Shown here: in pieces, positions 11,801-25,808 of the stretch
How positions within the stretch are numbered: the first letter of the stretch is position 1
How the letters are laid out: every line of letters begins with the position of its first letter
Assembly: GCF_001194135.2 (NCBI RefSeq)
Contig: NC_068984.1
Span: 130,657,233-130,721,232 of the forward strand
DNA: 64,000 nt
Direction: 5' to 3'
From: Octopus bimaculoides
Lineage: Eukaryota
Program-made: the position numbers and the translations under genes
The notes under the pieces: model-generated
Told to the model about the DNA's origin: nothing
The model's input: the letters and a program-made list of their open reading frames with translations, nothing else
The model's database searches: none

Positions 11801-13049
11801 CAAATTTAGTTTCGAAGATGAAATTAAGAATCAGACAATATTTTAATTACAATTACAACAATGGAATGAAATTTCTTCATGCCTATTTCACAAATTCCAG
11901 GCAAAATTTGTGCTAAATTTGAAGTCCAAACTCACAACAACCTAAATGTTGATGGGGGTGGTGATTGGACAATATAAAAAGCATTGCTAAGTCCTGAGGT
12001 CAACCATCTTTTCCACCCAGCTGGTAACAGCACTTCAGATGGTTCTGTGAATGTCTTCAAATTACAGGCAAGCCCTTGACATTATTCCACTTCACAGAGA
12101 AATATTTGTTCCATGGAAGTTGATTCAAGTAGTTCTTCATTTGAAAACTTGACACTAAAAACATTTAGAAAATTTTTTTTTTCCTTTTGCTTTTAAACCG
12201 GATAAGTTTTGAGACTAACATTTTCAATATTGATGGCGAGGGGGCGAATGACGGATTAACGAGCCCAACAAATCGATTAAACAGATACACTGATACAGAC
12301 ACACATATATAGACACACACGCGCACACACAAACACGAGTACATATTCATTTGAACACAGACACATACACACTTAAACACAGACAGATATACACACAAAT
12401 ATGCAATGTTCACAAATACAAAAACACAGAAATATACAAACGCATACATATATTCACATACATATATACAAGCATACAGACACACAAACATACAGATACA
12501 TAAACAAAATCAAAAATACAAATTCTGCAAAAATAAATCACACATGCACACACACACACACACAAACAAGCAAACACACAAAATATTGACAGAGAAGCCA
12601 TGCAGACGTTTCATTTTCCAATAGTATCTTCACAACATCACCTTCTACTGATGTTTGCTGCTCATTAAGATATTTCTAAGGTTTTTTTTTTTGTCATTCT
12701 ATAACTGTGTTTGCATCTAACAACAACCACTACTACCATAGCCTACACTACTGATGCTACCATCATCACCACCGCCACCACTACTATTACAACAATCCAC
12801 ACCACCACCTCCAAAATCTCCCCATCATCACCACCACTACCATCACTGCCGCCATGACTATCACTACCATTATTACTACCACAACGACGACGACGACGAC
12901 GACGACCACCACCACCACCACCATCACCCCCTACTTCCACCACCATTCTCAGCATCATTGACACTTTTGTGTCCTCTGTTTACTGCCAAAGAATATGTTA
13001 CATTGGTAAACACAAAACCAGATTTCCTTATGTCTTTCCTATTAGTTAC

Positions 13050-13450
13050 TTCTTCCAAGAATCTCAACGGTTTCCAAAGTTTCAAATGTCCACTTCCCAC
13101 TCAGTTCTTGTTTATTCTTCCTCATTTTGAACTCAGATCTGATGGTCTCTGGAAAACTCAGCTATTCAGGTCAAGAAGAAGTTGACCAAGATTGCTTGGT
13201 CGATTGCTAAGGCAGTTGACCAAGATTGCTTAGATATGTCGAGCCTCTTGCCAGACACTTCTATTTCTGGGTTCTCTTAGTTGGGATGAACAGGTTCATT
13301 TTTGATATAATCTGGTAATGGTCTATCCAGCAGTTAGCACTGCATATGGCCTTTGCAACCCCATATTCAGTTGATCAATCAATCTGATGATGACATAGTC
13401 AAAGAGATACCAAATCTTGCACAGAGGTCTATCTTCAAGATGTTGTTATG
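13050..13450 (-). mobile_element. Degenerate RTE-clade LINE, APE endonuclease C-terminus
   Basis: Frameshifted IWYLFDYVIIR...VAKAICSANCWIDHYQIISKMNL matches the RTE WHxLDYVI...CWTDH motif. Confidence 0.7.
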
Positions 13451-13555
13451 AGTAGACAGAGGGAAAATAGTATTGACAACAGATAGCTTATAGACAACAG
13501 GCATCCCGAAAAGCAGGATCCTGCCAAGGCAAAAATAAGATTTTATATGTAAGCA

Positions 13556-13935
13556 CAGACGTGGCTGTATGGTTAAGAAGCTTGCTTTGTAATCATGTGG
13601 TTTTGAGTTCAGTCCTACTGTTGTGGTACCTTGGGCAAGAGTCTTCTGCTATAGTCATGGGCCAACCAATGCCTTGTGAGTGAATTTGGAAGATTGAAAC
13701 TGTGTAGAAGCCCACTGTGTGTGTGTGTATTTGAGTTTCTCCCCACTATCATTTGACAACCATTGTTGGTTTGTTTATATCCCCATAACTAAGTGGTTCA
13801 GCCAACGACATCAGTAAGATAAGCACCAGACTTAAAAAAACAAAATAACTACTGGGGTTTATTGTTTGACTAAACCATTCAAGGCAGTGCCCCAATATGG
13901 CCACAGTTAAATGACTGAAACAAGTAAAAGATAAA
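13556..13935 (+). mobile_element. SINE family A, diverged
   Basis: Collinear with other copies. Confidence 0.82.
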
Positions 13936-13957
13936 TGGTAAAAGATATCTCTTTACA

Positions 13958-14222
13958 GTGCCACCTGACTGGTTTCTGTGCTGGTGGCACATAAAAAGCA
14001 CCATTCGAGCGTAGCCGTTGCCAGTGCTGCTTGACTGGCTCCCGTGCTGGTGGCATGTAAAAAGCACCCACTACATTCTCCGAGTAGTTGGCGTTAAGAA
14101 GGGCTTCCAGCTGTAAAAACCTTGCCAGATCAGATTGGAGCTTGGTGCAACCTCCTGGGTTTGCCAGTCCTCAGTCAAACCGTCCAACCCATGCTAGCAT
14201 GGAAAGCAGACGCTAAACGATA

Positions 14223-14260
<38 letters not shown>
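13958..14260 (+). mobile_element. Family B
   Basis: Same 3' tail with long (GAT)n. Confidence 0.85.
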
Positions 14261-14263
<3 letters not shown>

Positions 14264-14678
14264 GATTTTGGATTTGCGAGGCTGTCTCTGAATAAACTTG
14301 CCATTCTCTCTTTCTCTCTTTATCCTTCTAACTTAAAAAGAAAATAAATTCTGATTTGAAGACATTTGGAAAACTTAAACTTATCTGATTTTCATAAATA
14401 CATACATACATTCATACATACTTGTATGTGAGTCTACTAAATCTGCCAAGGAATGGTAACCAAAATAAAGATAGATTGGAAGAAATTCCTCAGTTAGGAG
14501 AAATCAAAATTGAAAAGTAATAAAAAGAAGCTATAAAATAGGTGTATGTATGTATGTATGTATGTATGTATGTAGATAGCCAGATAGGTAGATACATACG
14601 TGTGTTTGTATATACATATATAAATATATATACATATATACATATGTGTATGTGTGGTTGTATGTATATATATATATG

Positions 14679-14710
<32 letters not shown>

Positions 14711-14759
14711 AAGAGAGAGAGAGAAGGATAGATACATGCATACATACATACACACACAT

Positions 14760-14816
<57 letters not shown>

Positions 14817-15489
14817 TGTGTGTGTGTGTGTGTGTATGTATGTGTATATATATATATACTTTATTAATAAAGCTGTAATGACATCACAAAAACTGTTACT
14901 TAGAGTTTCACGTTTCCGTTTGGTGGACAGTTTTGGTTGAGAATGGAAAAAAAAAAAAGATTATATGTATAAATATACAATTACATTGATAGATAAATGT
15001 GTGTGTGTGTGTATGTGTATGTGTGTTCATATCTAACTATGTGGCCAGGTAAAATCAAGTAAAGTAGAGATATTGCACACTCCAGAGACACGCTTTTCTT
15101 CACAGGCCTACAAAACATTTACATTAATGTTGAATAATGTCAGATATTGGTGTCAGCAGAAATAAATACATTAAAATTTTACAAAAAAAAAAAAAAAAAA
15201 AAGAAAGAAAGAAAAAAACGAGAAAAGAGGGAAGTTCAAAACTTCTATGTTTTCGTGTCCAGATGGTTCCTATCAAATGTTAGTCAACAGCTGGCAATGT
15301 GAACAGGAGTAATAAAACAGGATTAAGTTACTCTCAGCTACAAATATACTCATGAACATCACAACAGTACAGTTATTTGTTGAGTTACACTTGTTATAAA
15401 TCTGGATATGTGGTGTGGTGTGTGTGTGTATGTATAATATATGTTTGTATGTATGTGCTTATAGATAGATAGATAGATGGATAGATGTG

Positions 15490-15524
<35 letters not shown>

Positions 15525-15529
<5 letters not shown>

Positions 15530-15687
15530 CAGGTGTAGGTGTGTTGTTAAGAAGCTTGCTTCTCAGCTACATGATTTCAAGTTCAAACCCAATTCATGGC
15601 ATCTTAAATGTCTTATATTACAACCCTGAGCCGAGCAAAGCCTTACCAGTGGATTTGATTAACAGAAATTGAAAGAAGCCTGTCCTC

Positions 15688-15723
<36 letters not shown>

Positions 15724-16160
15724 TGTGTATGTGATGTGTGTGTGTATAATTGTCACTTTGTCTTGACATCACATGATAATTGTAAACAAGTGGCAGTGTT
15801 ATACAAGCAGTGTTGTTCATTTCCAATCTGCATGAAATCCCATCAGGCCATGGGGAAATATTACCTTACTTTGAAACAGGTGAGCATTGGGAACAGGAAA
15901 AGCATCTGGTCACAGAAAATCTGTTTCCATAAATTCCACTTGACCCATGTGAACATGGAAAAGAGGACATCAAAATGATGATGATTTGAGATGTCATAAT
16001 TATCATCATCACCATCAATGTCCTCCTCCCATGCTGGCATGGGTTGGATGATTTGACAAGAGCTGACCAGGTAGGAGCCTGCACCATGCTTCTCTGTCTG
16101 TTTTGGCATGGTTTTTACAGCTGGATGCCCTTCCTAACACCAATGACTCTGTAGAGTGAG
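15525..16160. mobile_element. A-type head + (GT)n + C body (+), abutting an inverted B-type tail (-)
   Basis: 15525-15990 plus, 15990-16160 minus. Confidence 0.7.
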
Positions 16161-16405
16161 CTACACACACACAATTGCCATCATGAAACAGTACACTACA
16201 TACATATCCACCATCCTCTCATGTTCTCTTATGATTTCTCTTGTTCTATTGTCCTGACTTTTAACTTGTATAGGCCATGTGATCAGAGCCCAAAGACTGC
16301 TTGGAAACACTAGAGTTATAATTAAAACCTGCCTAGAAAACATCTCCACTGTATAAAGCTATTAGTAGCTAATAGCTATATACTTGTACATTATATATAT
16401 ATAAC

Positions 16406-16442
<37 letters not shown>

Positions 16443-16981
16443 AACATATATTGATATAATTTTATGTGAACCTATATGAAACCCATGGTATTGAATTCAT
16501 ATTCTTACTTTATTTTCCCCTCACCCAGCCCACCTACTTACATTTATGTACAGATTTATATGTGCATTTGTTTGTACATACACAAATGTTTAAGCCATGT
16601 GTGTATTTATAAAATATGTACATGTGTGTATACAGATGTTTATACAGCATAAGTGTGTAAATATATATGTTAATATATTTGTGTGTGTGTGTGTTTGTGT
16701 GTGCGTGTGTGCAGATGGTTGGGGGTGGTGGCTATACATGTGATTACCGTGAAAAGGTCAGAGGATGAGAAAGAGTTTAGACTGCATCCAGGCACTACAG
16801 ACAAAGAAAAACCATAACAGAAAACATAAAGGAAAAATGGTGGATCTTTGAGAAAAGTAATAGCGGGAAGTGTATTCCAAACAGTTAACAATACAAACAA
16901 GCACACACACACACACACACACATGCACACACTCATACATATACATGCATACATTCATACACATGCACACACACATACACA

Positions 16982-17184
16982 GAGTAACATACACGCATCA
17001 ACACACTCACACATACCCCCCCCCACACACACACATATATGAATATATAAACACATACAAGATACACATACATGCACACACATACACTCACATGCAAGAA
17101 CACACACGTCCCTATGCATACATACACACATACATATGCTCATACATACACGCTCACACACCCATGCAGACACACACTATATCT

Positions 17185-17233
<49 letters not shown>

Positions 17234-17490
17234 CATACACGCATCAACACACTCACACATACCCACACACACACATGCACACCCACACATATACACATGC
17301 ATACATGAATATATAAACAGACAAGATACACATGCATGCACACACATACACTCACATGCAAGAACACACACACATCTTTATGCATATATATACACATACA
17401 TATGCTCATACATACACGCTCACACACCCATGCACAAACACACACTATATATCCCCACACATGCATGCACACACACACACACATACACAT
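16982..17490. repeat. Tandem duplication (~250 bp) of a cryptic CA-rich block
   Basis: agtaacatacacgcatcaacacactcacacatacc at 16983 and 17229. Confidence 0.88.
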
Positions 17491-18064
17491 ACTCAACTTG
17501 AAGGAGGGTGGTCTCAAGACATTTGACATTTTGAAGAAGAGATAATCTGCCATCTTTTCACTGAACACCACAATTAGTTCCAACACAACTAGTTTTATTG
17601 ACTGAACGAAAAATCTTGTTTATACAGTCCTATGATAGGGCTGGTTGCGAAGTGCATATATATGTGTGTGTATATGCACATATGTATATGAGCGTGTATG
17701 TATGCATGTGTGTGTGTCTACGTACATTCGTTTGTGTACATGTGTGTCCATTTCTCCTTGCACTTTTTCTACCATTCACACACATGTATCTATATATACA
17801 TGTATTTATATATATATATATACATACACATACATATACACACACATCTATATACGTAAAGACAGCAATACAAAGCAGACACAAATTCACATTACATACA
17901 CACACATGTGTGTGTGTGTATATATATATACACACACAGAGCATATAATTGTATATATGTATATTTATACACACACACACACACACAGCATATAATTGTA
18001 TATATGTATATTTATACACACACACACATACACACAAACACACACACACACACACATGCATACA

Positions 18065-18095
<31 letters not shown>

Positions 18096-18764
18096 GTTCA
18101 TAAATACAAAGCAAGAACAAATCCAGCCATTCCTGCCAGCAGAAAGCTAAAGGCACCATATTCTTCAGTTCGCTGTTATATCATATAACAAACAAGAAAA
18201 CCAAACAAAAAAAAACCCCAGAAAAACACTTTCCTTAGTTTGGCAGTGTTGGTTTGCAATTACATTCTCTTCACTGAAGACTTTCAAGATTGTTAGAGTC
18301 TCTCGCATAACATCTGTCTCTCTCAACTGTTCCCACTGCCATCATCTCTCTCAATAGAGTCAGTTCCCAAGCTTACCATTTCCAGAGAAAACAAACTGGA
18401 AGTGTCCACTTTCTCCTCTACATTCCAAACCATTTCTAACTCAAAAATTCTTTGCCAAATAATGGCAATGAATATGAAGTGGGTAGAAACATAATCGGGA
18501 TTGCAGTAGAGTGGTCTAGATAAGGTTTAGGGTGGGGGTTAGCTAGGAGTGGGGTGGAATAAAGAGGAGGAGGGGTGAGTGTTAATGTGTGAGGAGGGGC
18601 AGGAGTAGCTGCACCGAAAAATAATATTTATGAAAAATTCAAAAACAGGGAAACGATGACCAACAGATGTACAGAATACCAGTAATTAGACACATACAAA
18701 AGCAATTCAACACAACACATACACACATACACTCTAATAATATACTGTTACACCATGAAAACTG

Positions 18765-19142
18765 TGTGTGCGTTGGCACTCCGTTGCTTACGATGCCGAG
18801 GGTTCCAGTTTATCCGATCAACGGAACAGCCTGCTCGTGAAATTAACGTGCAAGTGGCTGAGCACTCCACAGACACGTGTACCCTTAATGTAGTTCTTGG
18901 GGATATTCAGCGTGACACAGTGTAACAAGGCTAACCCTTTGAATTACAGGCACAACAGAAACAGGAAGTAAGAGTGAGAGAAAGTTGTGGTGGAAGAGTA
19001 CAGCAGGGTTCGTCATCATCCCCTGCTGGAGCCTCGTGGAGCTTTTAGGTGTTTTCGCTCAATAAACACTCACAACGCCCGGTCTGGGAATCGAAACCGC
19101 GACCCTATGACCACGAGTCCGCTGCCCTAACCACTGGGCCTC
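18765..19142 (-). mobile_element. tRNA-headed SINE family E
   Basis: Reverse complement of 25809-26190. Confidence 0.9.
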
Positions 19143-19187
<45 letters not shown>

Positions 19188-19609
19188 CAGAGAGAAAGAG
19201 AGAGGGAGTTACAGAGGCAAATGGATGGAAACTGTATATCAATGTTTTAACACGATTTTATTCCGTGAAAGAGTGAATTGTTATTAAAAGCAAGTGCGTA
19301 TCAGTATATTGCTGACACTCAAGTTATTGACCCCTGAGAAATGTGCATGACTACTGCTAATGTAGGATAGATAGCCACTAGAATGTATAGATTAGTGATG
19401 ATCTATATAAGCATGGAACAGATGGGAAACAAAGCGTATACTTAAAACTAATGGAGGCTGGGGCAGGGTGGATATGACACCCTGATATGAAGAAGATAAC
19501 ATTTTGTGCAGAGTTGAGGTCAAGGCCCATCAGAAAAGATTAAGTGTTTTTTTTTTTTTTCACCTTTGTATGCTATGCATGTGTCCCTTCTTTTCCAGTG
19601 TATACTCTT

Positions 19610-19926
19610 TTAATTTTTTACTTGTTTCAGTCATTTGACTGCGGCCACGCTGGAGCACCGCCTTTAGTCGAGCAAATCAGCCCCAGGACTTATTCTTTGG
19701 AAGCCTAGTACTTATTCTATTGGTTCACTTTTACCAAACCGCTAAGTTACAGGGACGTAAGCACACCCGCTTCGGTTGTCAAGCGATGTTGGGGGGACAA
19801 ACACAGACACACAAACATACACACACACACACACATATATATATATACATATATACGACAGGCTTCTTTCAGTTTCCGTCTACGAAATCCACTCACAAGG
19901 CTTTGGTTTGCCTGAGGCTATAGTAG
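19610..19926 (-). mobile_element. SINE family A, head-truncated
   Basis: High identity to 24947-25368. Confidence 0.88.
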
Positions 19927-20749
19927 CTTAACTCTGTCTTCCATCTGTCGTGGTCAATGAAATAAGTACCAGTTGAGCACTGGGGTCAGTGTAATTAACT
20001 TGTCTCCTCCCCACAAAAATTTTTGCCTATAGTAGAAAGGATTATTATGGAATTTTCCAGAAATTTCTTCTTTTGAGAAATTATTCACTGTTGTTCTTTT
20101 TACACACTCCTTCAAGTAATCCTGCATTGTATCGTCCTACACTGTCCCCAATGTTTTTGTGGACCTTTAGTGGTTAATAAAGAAAACACTCTTATTTATT
20201 TATTTGTGCAAACCAGGCTCTTTGAATAGTTTTTTTCTACTTCAAGAAAATGCATGGCTCAGGAGTCTAGTGTCCACGTATTTCATAATGCCATAACAAA
20301 GAATGGGAACCATAAGACAAAGACAGAATTTCTGCAAGGTTGCTCAGCCTATGCAACCCATGACCAGTAGACCCAAGTATTTAAAATGTTATCTTCAACC
20401 CATATCCAAAGTCCTGAATACATTATACCCCAAAACTTCATAAGTTGTTTGACCAACCAGTAACCTGAATTAGCCCAAGCAATAAAAACATGAATACACA
20501 CGACTTGGAATCACACAAATACCTGGTTGGTGGGAAGATTAAAGATTAATAAAATGTATGGTCATACTAAAGTCACCATCTCCTGTCACTTCAACAATAA
20601 GGACACTAAGCAACAAAGTGCAACATTGTGATAACTGAGGTGACAATCTGATTTTATTCTGAACTTTGAAAATGACGGTATTTGACAGTATAAAAAACAT
20701 CCCAATTTCAGCAGCATATTTTCAGCAAAGAAAAAATGTTTTTAGTAAA

Positions 20750-20955
20750 TTAACTCTTTAGCATTCAGACTTCTTTGTCAAATGTATTGCTTATTTATTC
20801 ACATTGCTCTGAATTAATCATACATTGTCATGTAGCTTCAAGATTTCAATGGTGTGTTGGTATATTTTTAGAATTACATTGTAGGGTAGGTGTGAGAGGT
20901 TGGATGTGGTCAGTTTATATTATAAAACAGGTAGAATATCTGAGGGTCCAGGGTG
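20750..20955 (+). mobile_element. piggyBac-like MITE end fragment
   Basis: ttaa+ctctttagcattcaga start; homologues at 53440-53660, 54110-54178, 54235-54340. Confidence 0.45.
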
Positions 20956-21057
20956 ATTTTTTTTGACAAATTTATTTGGGTATAAAGTGGATCCTATATA
21001 TCATCAAATACAGTATATTCTGCATGCTGTATTTTTATATTTTTCTTGAATTTTGTA

Positions 21058-21099
21058 TTGTGTACTCTGAAATTGTGTACTCTGAAATTGTGTACTCTA
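21058..21099. repeat. 15-bp tandem x~3
   Basis: ttgtgtactctgaaa. Confidence 0.9.
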
Positions 21100-21186
21100 G
21101 AATCTTGAAATCATATGTGTTGAATTCTGTTCACCTCGTTCCATTTCTCCCTTGCTCTTTCTGCTGACTCATAGCTAAGACCTTAC

Positions 21187-21233
21187 TTGTACAATGGTGC
21201 TGGCATCGGGAAACCAAGTCAACTGATAACTGT
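21187..21233 (-). CDS. Candidate 47-nt exon
   Basis: Acceptor ctctcttttgggttatgcag, donor CAA|GTAAGG; two frames open (QLSVDLVSRCQHHCT or SYQLTWFPDASTIVQ). Confidence 0.33.
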
Positions 21234-22189
21234 CTGCATAACCCAAAAGAGAGTTTGTAGACGATTACACAAACTTATATTACCATGAGAATTGAAGAAT
21301 ATAAACATTTCGGGCTTTTAGTCAAATCAACAACTTCACTTTTTCTGTCTTTCCTCCTCACTCCCAGGGGAAGGACAAGTACTTGAACGATTAGATTCTT
21401 CACTTTTTATGATAATTAACTTTTATAAACTCCTTTACACTGATTACTGCCAAAGTTTAAATCTCTGAGTAATTATGAAAGGTCTTTGAGATTTCAAGAT
21501 GTAACATGAGACACATGATGTATCTAGGTAGAATTTATTGGAAGATATGAAAGGGAATAAAAGTGTATATTAAGCAGATATTGTAAATATATCAATATCT
21601 TAAAAAAAAAAAAACCAACATAGAATCACATTATACTATCAGTAGATTTATATCATAACAAAATATACTGTCAGATTATATATGAATACATCAGGACCAA
21701 TCGTAAAATATTAGAGTATATCTAACTATATTGAAAGACATCAATGCTATATCAGGGTCATATTGAGAGATATCAGATGGTATTGGTCCTATATTAGTGG
21801 ATATTAGGATGTATGCATGGTATATCAATAGATATTAGATGGTATCTGCCTAATATCAGTGACTATTACATTGATCAGAGTCATATCACAAAATATTATG
21901 GTGAATGTTTATATCAGGAGATATCAGGCAGTATCAATAGTATATATGTAAATATGACTCTGTCATTAGTGCGTATCCTGGGTTTAGAAAAGGGACACAG
22001 TGTCCTTATATGTTGTAAAATGAAACAGAAAGCATTAGAAATAGGAAGGAGAGCTGGTTGTAAAACACAGCCCCAGAAAAATACTATCCAAGTCAAGTGA
22101 GCATGGAAAAATGGAAGTAAGACGATGATGATGATGATAATAATGATGACTGACTGACTGAATGAAATAAGCCTGTGTCAGTGTCATCA

Positions 22190-22440
22190 TCATCATCATC
22201 ATCTTCAACATTTAATATCCACTTTTCTATATTTGCATGGGTCAGACAAAATTTCAAAGAGAAGAATTTCTATGGCAGGATGCTCTTTCTATCACCAACC
22301 CTTACCTGTTTCCAAGCAAGGTAATATTTTCCCCATAACCAGATATGTTTTTTACATGTAAGACTAGAAATGAGCAGCCTCACTTGTATGACAGAGACGC
22401 TCATTTACAACCATCACATGATGTCTAAATAAGGGTACAC
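22190..22440 (-). mobile_element. Family C
   Basis: ccttacctgtttccaagcaaggtaatattttcccc. Confidence 0.75.
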
Positions 22441-22605
22441 ACAAACACACACACTCATACATACATATATACATTCACATACACATAAATAAATGTACAC
22501 ACTCACACATATACACATACATACACACACATATGCACACACACACACATGCACATATATATAATGATTAGCTACTTTCAATTTCTGTCGATCAAATCCA
22601 CTTGC

Positions 22606-22763
22606 AGGAGTGGCTGTGTAGTAAGTAGCTTGCTTACCAACGACATGGTTCTGGGTTCAGTCTCACTGTGTGGCATCTTGGGCAAGTGTCTTCTACTATA
22701 GCCTTGGGCTGACCAAAGCCTTGTGAGTGGATTTGGTAGACGGAAACTGAAAGAAGCCCATCG

Positions 22764-22798
<35 letters not shown>

Positions 22799-22993
22799 TT
22801 GTCGCCCCCAACATCGCTTGACAACCGATGCTGGTGTGTTTACGTCCCCGTAACTTAGCGGTTCGGCAAATAAAACCGATAGAATAAGTACTCGGCTTAC
22901 AAAGAATAAGTCCTGGGGTCGATTTGCTCGACTAAAGGTGGTGCTCCAGCATGGCCGCAGTCAAATGACTGAAACAAGTAAAAGAGTAAAAGA
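22606..22993 (+). mobile_element. SINE family A, young, nested in an older minus-strand copy
   Basis: Old copy remnants at 22570-22602 and 22994-23100. Confidence 0.88.
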
Positions 22994-23119
22994 GCCCATA
23001 GCTACAGCAGAAGATGCTTGTCCAAGGTGTTCCACAACAGGACTGAACCCATGGTAACACGGCTGGGAAGCAAGCTTCTTAACCATATGGTCACAACTAT
23101 TATATAAACAGATATTTGT

Positions 23120-23255
23120 TTTAAATTTTCGCACAAGATCAGCAATTTCAGGGGAGGTGGTAAGTCAATTACATCGACCCCAGTGCTTAACTGTTACTTA
23201 TTTTATCAACCCCAAAAGGATAAAAGGTAAAGTCGACCTCGGCAGAATTTGAAAT
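23120..23255 (-). mobile_element. SINE family D fragment
   Basis: gtcaattacatcgaccccagtg...aaagtcgacctcggcagaatttgaa; more fragments at 19940, 39235, 43250, 47370. Confidence 0.75.
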
Positions 23256-23798
23256 TACATAAATAGATGTTAGTATACAGCATATATCAGTTATATAATA
23301 TATCTTACACTGCAGTAATGTCCTGTTAATGACGTAATGGATATATTAGAGACATTGAAATCTAGGAAGAGTGGGTGTTTATCAGAGGCTAGTAGTAAGT
23401 ACCAGATATATATCAGGGCCAGCCAAGAGCTAGCCAACTAGAGGTGTGCTCAAATATATTTTACAACATGACATGGGGACTGCTGTGGAAGAAATTTGAA
23501 CCATAAAGGGCACAGTGAAATATGCTAAAAATTCATGAGGCTGTTTGTAGTGTAGGAGTAGGACAGGAAGAGAAAGAAAGAGAAAGCTGTAGGGTATGGT
23601 GGGTTAAGGCTTCTCCCTACCACCCTGTTATGTAAGTTATTGGGTTTCAATGATGTTGATGATAGAGAAGAGAAACTCATCAGGCAGCCATAGTCTGTAA
23701 GGTTTCAAGATATTTAAGGAGGTGATGATGGAGACGGCGATGGAGAAATGTATACACACACCAATGTGTGTGTGTGTGTGTGAGTGTGTGTGTGTGTG

Positions 23799-23847
<49 letters not shown>

Positions 23848-23869
23848 ATGCACATGTCCACATATATAT

Positions 23870-24205
23870 GTGTGTATATATGTATAGGGATACTTATATA
23901 TATTTATGTGTGTGCGTGTATGTACGTATGTGGATATNNNNNNNNNNNNNNNNNNNNNNNNNNNNNNNNNNNNNNNNNNNNNNNNNNNNNNNNNNNNNNN
24001 NNNNNNNNNNNNNNNNNNNNNNNNNNNNNNNNNNNNNNNNNNNNNNNNNNNNNNNNNNNNNNNNNNNNNNNNNNNNNNNNNNNNNNNNNNNNNNNNNNNN
24101 NNNNNNNNNNNNNNNNNNNNNNNNNNNTATATATATATATATATATATATATAAGTAGGTACTTATATGTCTGCATATCTGTCTATTTATCTATCAATAT
24201 ATATG

Positions 24206-24240
<35 letters not shown>

Positions 24241-24386
24241 GTACATACATACATACATACATATATATGTATAGGGATACTTATATATATTTATGTGTGT
24301 ATGTGTATGTACATATGTGGATATTTATAAATATATATATATAGGTAGGTACTTATATGTCTGTATATCTGTCTATTTATCTATCA

Positions 24387-24447
<61 letters not shown>

Positions 24448-24470
24448 TACATACATACATACATACCTAC
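23870..24470. repeat. ~190-bp tandem repeat spanning a gap
   Basis: tgtatagggatacttatatatatttatgtg at 23882 and 24268; gtaggtacttatatgtctg at 24155 and 24345. Confidence 0.8.
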
Positions 24471-24567
24471 ATTCATGCACGTAAATGTGATGTGAGTGTG
24501 TGTATGTATATATATATACATATATGACTATATATCCCTGTAAATACATACACAGACATATTTGCAA

Positions 24568-24605
<38 letters not shown>

Positions 24606-24946
24606 CCCAGATAAACAGAAAACAAAGCAAAATTATGGGCAAAAGGAATGAAAAAAAAGTAATGAAAATAAAGGTTAAAATGAGGGGAGGGGTGAGTAGT
24701 AGGAACAGAAAAACAACAACACATAACAACAACAACAACAACTTCCAGAACCTCCATTCCAAATTAAGTACCGTGCCAAATTGTTCTGAACTTCTCAGTG
24801 GAACAATGGCTTACCATCTGCGAACAGCATTGGAAACCCAGCAGCTAGCCAATTCACACACGCAAAGATACACATACACAGACATACAAATTAATCCTAC
24901 ATCCTTTAAAAAAAAAAAAATGGGGGGGGATGATGAAAAAAAAATA

Positions 24947-25368
24947 TGGCTGTGTGGAAAGTAGCTTGCTTACCAACCACATGGTTCCGGGTTCAGTCCC
25001 ACTGCGTGGCACCTTGGGCAAGTGTCTTCTACTATAGCCTCGGGCCGACCAAAACCTTGTGAGCGGATTTGGTAGACGGAAACTGAAAGAAGCCCGTCAC
25101 ATATATGTATATATATATGTGTGTGTGTGTATGTGTGTATGTGCGTGTTTGTGTGTCTGTGTTTCTCCCCCCAACATCGCTTGACAACCGATGCTGGTGT
25201 GTTTATGTCCCCGTAACTTAGCGGTTCGGCAAAAGAGAACGATAGAATAAGTACTAGGCTTCCAAAGAATAAGTCCTGGGGTCGATTTGCTCGACTAAAG
25301 GCGGTGCTCCAGCATGGCCGCAGTCAAATGACTGAAACAAGTAAAAGAGGAAAAGAGTAAAAGAGTAA
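24947..25368 (+). mobile_element. SINE family A, near-consensus
   Basis: tggctgtgtgg A-box-like, ggttcagtccc B-box-like, CpGs retained, (aaaagagt)n tail. Confidence 0.92.
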
Positions 25369-25559
25369 AACTGATGGCCTTGCTTCATTTTAGGGAGAAA
25401 ATATTTCCCCAACAAAAACAAATTCTTGAGGAGTTCGCCTATTGTGTTCCTCCACCCTGTTGTTGTTGTTGTTGTTGTTCACATTGGATGGTTCTTATGA
25501 TTTAGCTTTGTCTCAGATGAAATTTAGTGAAACTAGCTGGAATGACAGGAGGTTAATCC

Positions 25560-25760
25560 TCATCATCGTCGTCGTCATCATTTTAACATCCACTTTTCCA
25601 TGCTCGCATGGGGGTCGGATGGAATTTGGTTGTCACCAACCCACACCTGTTTCCAAGGAAAATAATATTTCCCCCATGACCAGATATGTTTTCACAGAAG
25701 ATTGGAAACAAAGGACACCACTTGTGCGGCACTGGTTGGTCCACATTACTCTATAAGAAG
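25560..25760 (-). mobile_element. Family C
   Basis: Same motif set. Confidence 0.7.
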
Positions 25761-25808
25761 CATAGGGCCAATTCCCTAGTTTCTCTGGTGTATATATTCC
25801 TCCATGGT

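Noticed and set aside
11830-12160. Near-open minus frame containing LPAGWKRW (WW-domain-like)
   Set aside because: Two internal stops, no second conserved Trp or aromatic spacing, no clean splice sites
14860-14935. GAAACGTG-aaactc (minus strand) next to (TA)n, resembling a Penelope-type end
   Set aside because: CUGANGA half of the core is absent and GUG is not a cleavable triplet
17492-17598. Minus-strand candidate exon SIKLVVLE...RPPSFKL (and 38568-38640)
   Set aside because: The GTATGT donor is supplied by the adjoining (GT)n microsatellite; the second has a poor acceptor and contains a 26-bp palindrome
21600-21970. ATATCAG-rich cryptic sequence (also 23270-23420)
   Set aside because: No consistent period; treated as low-complexity DNA
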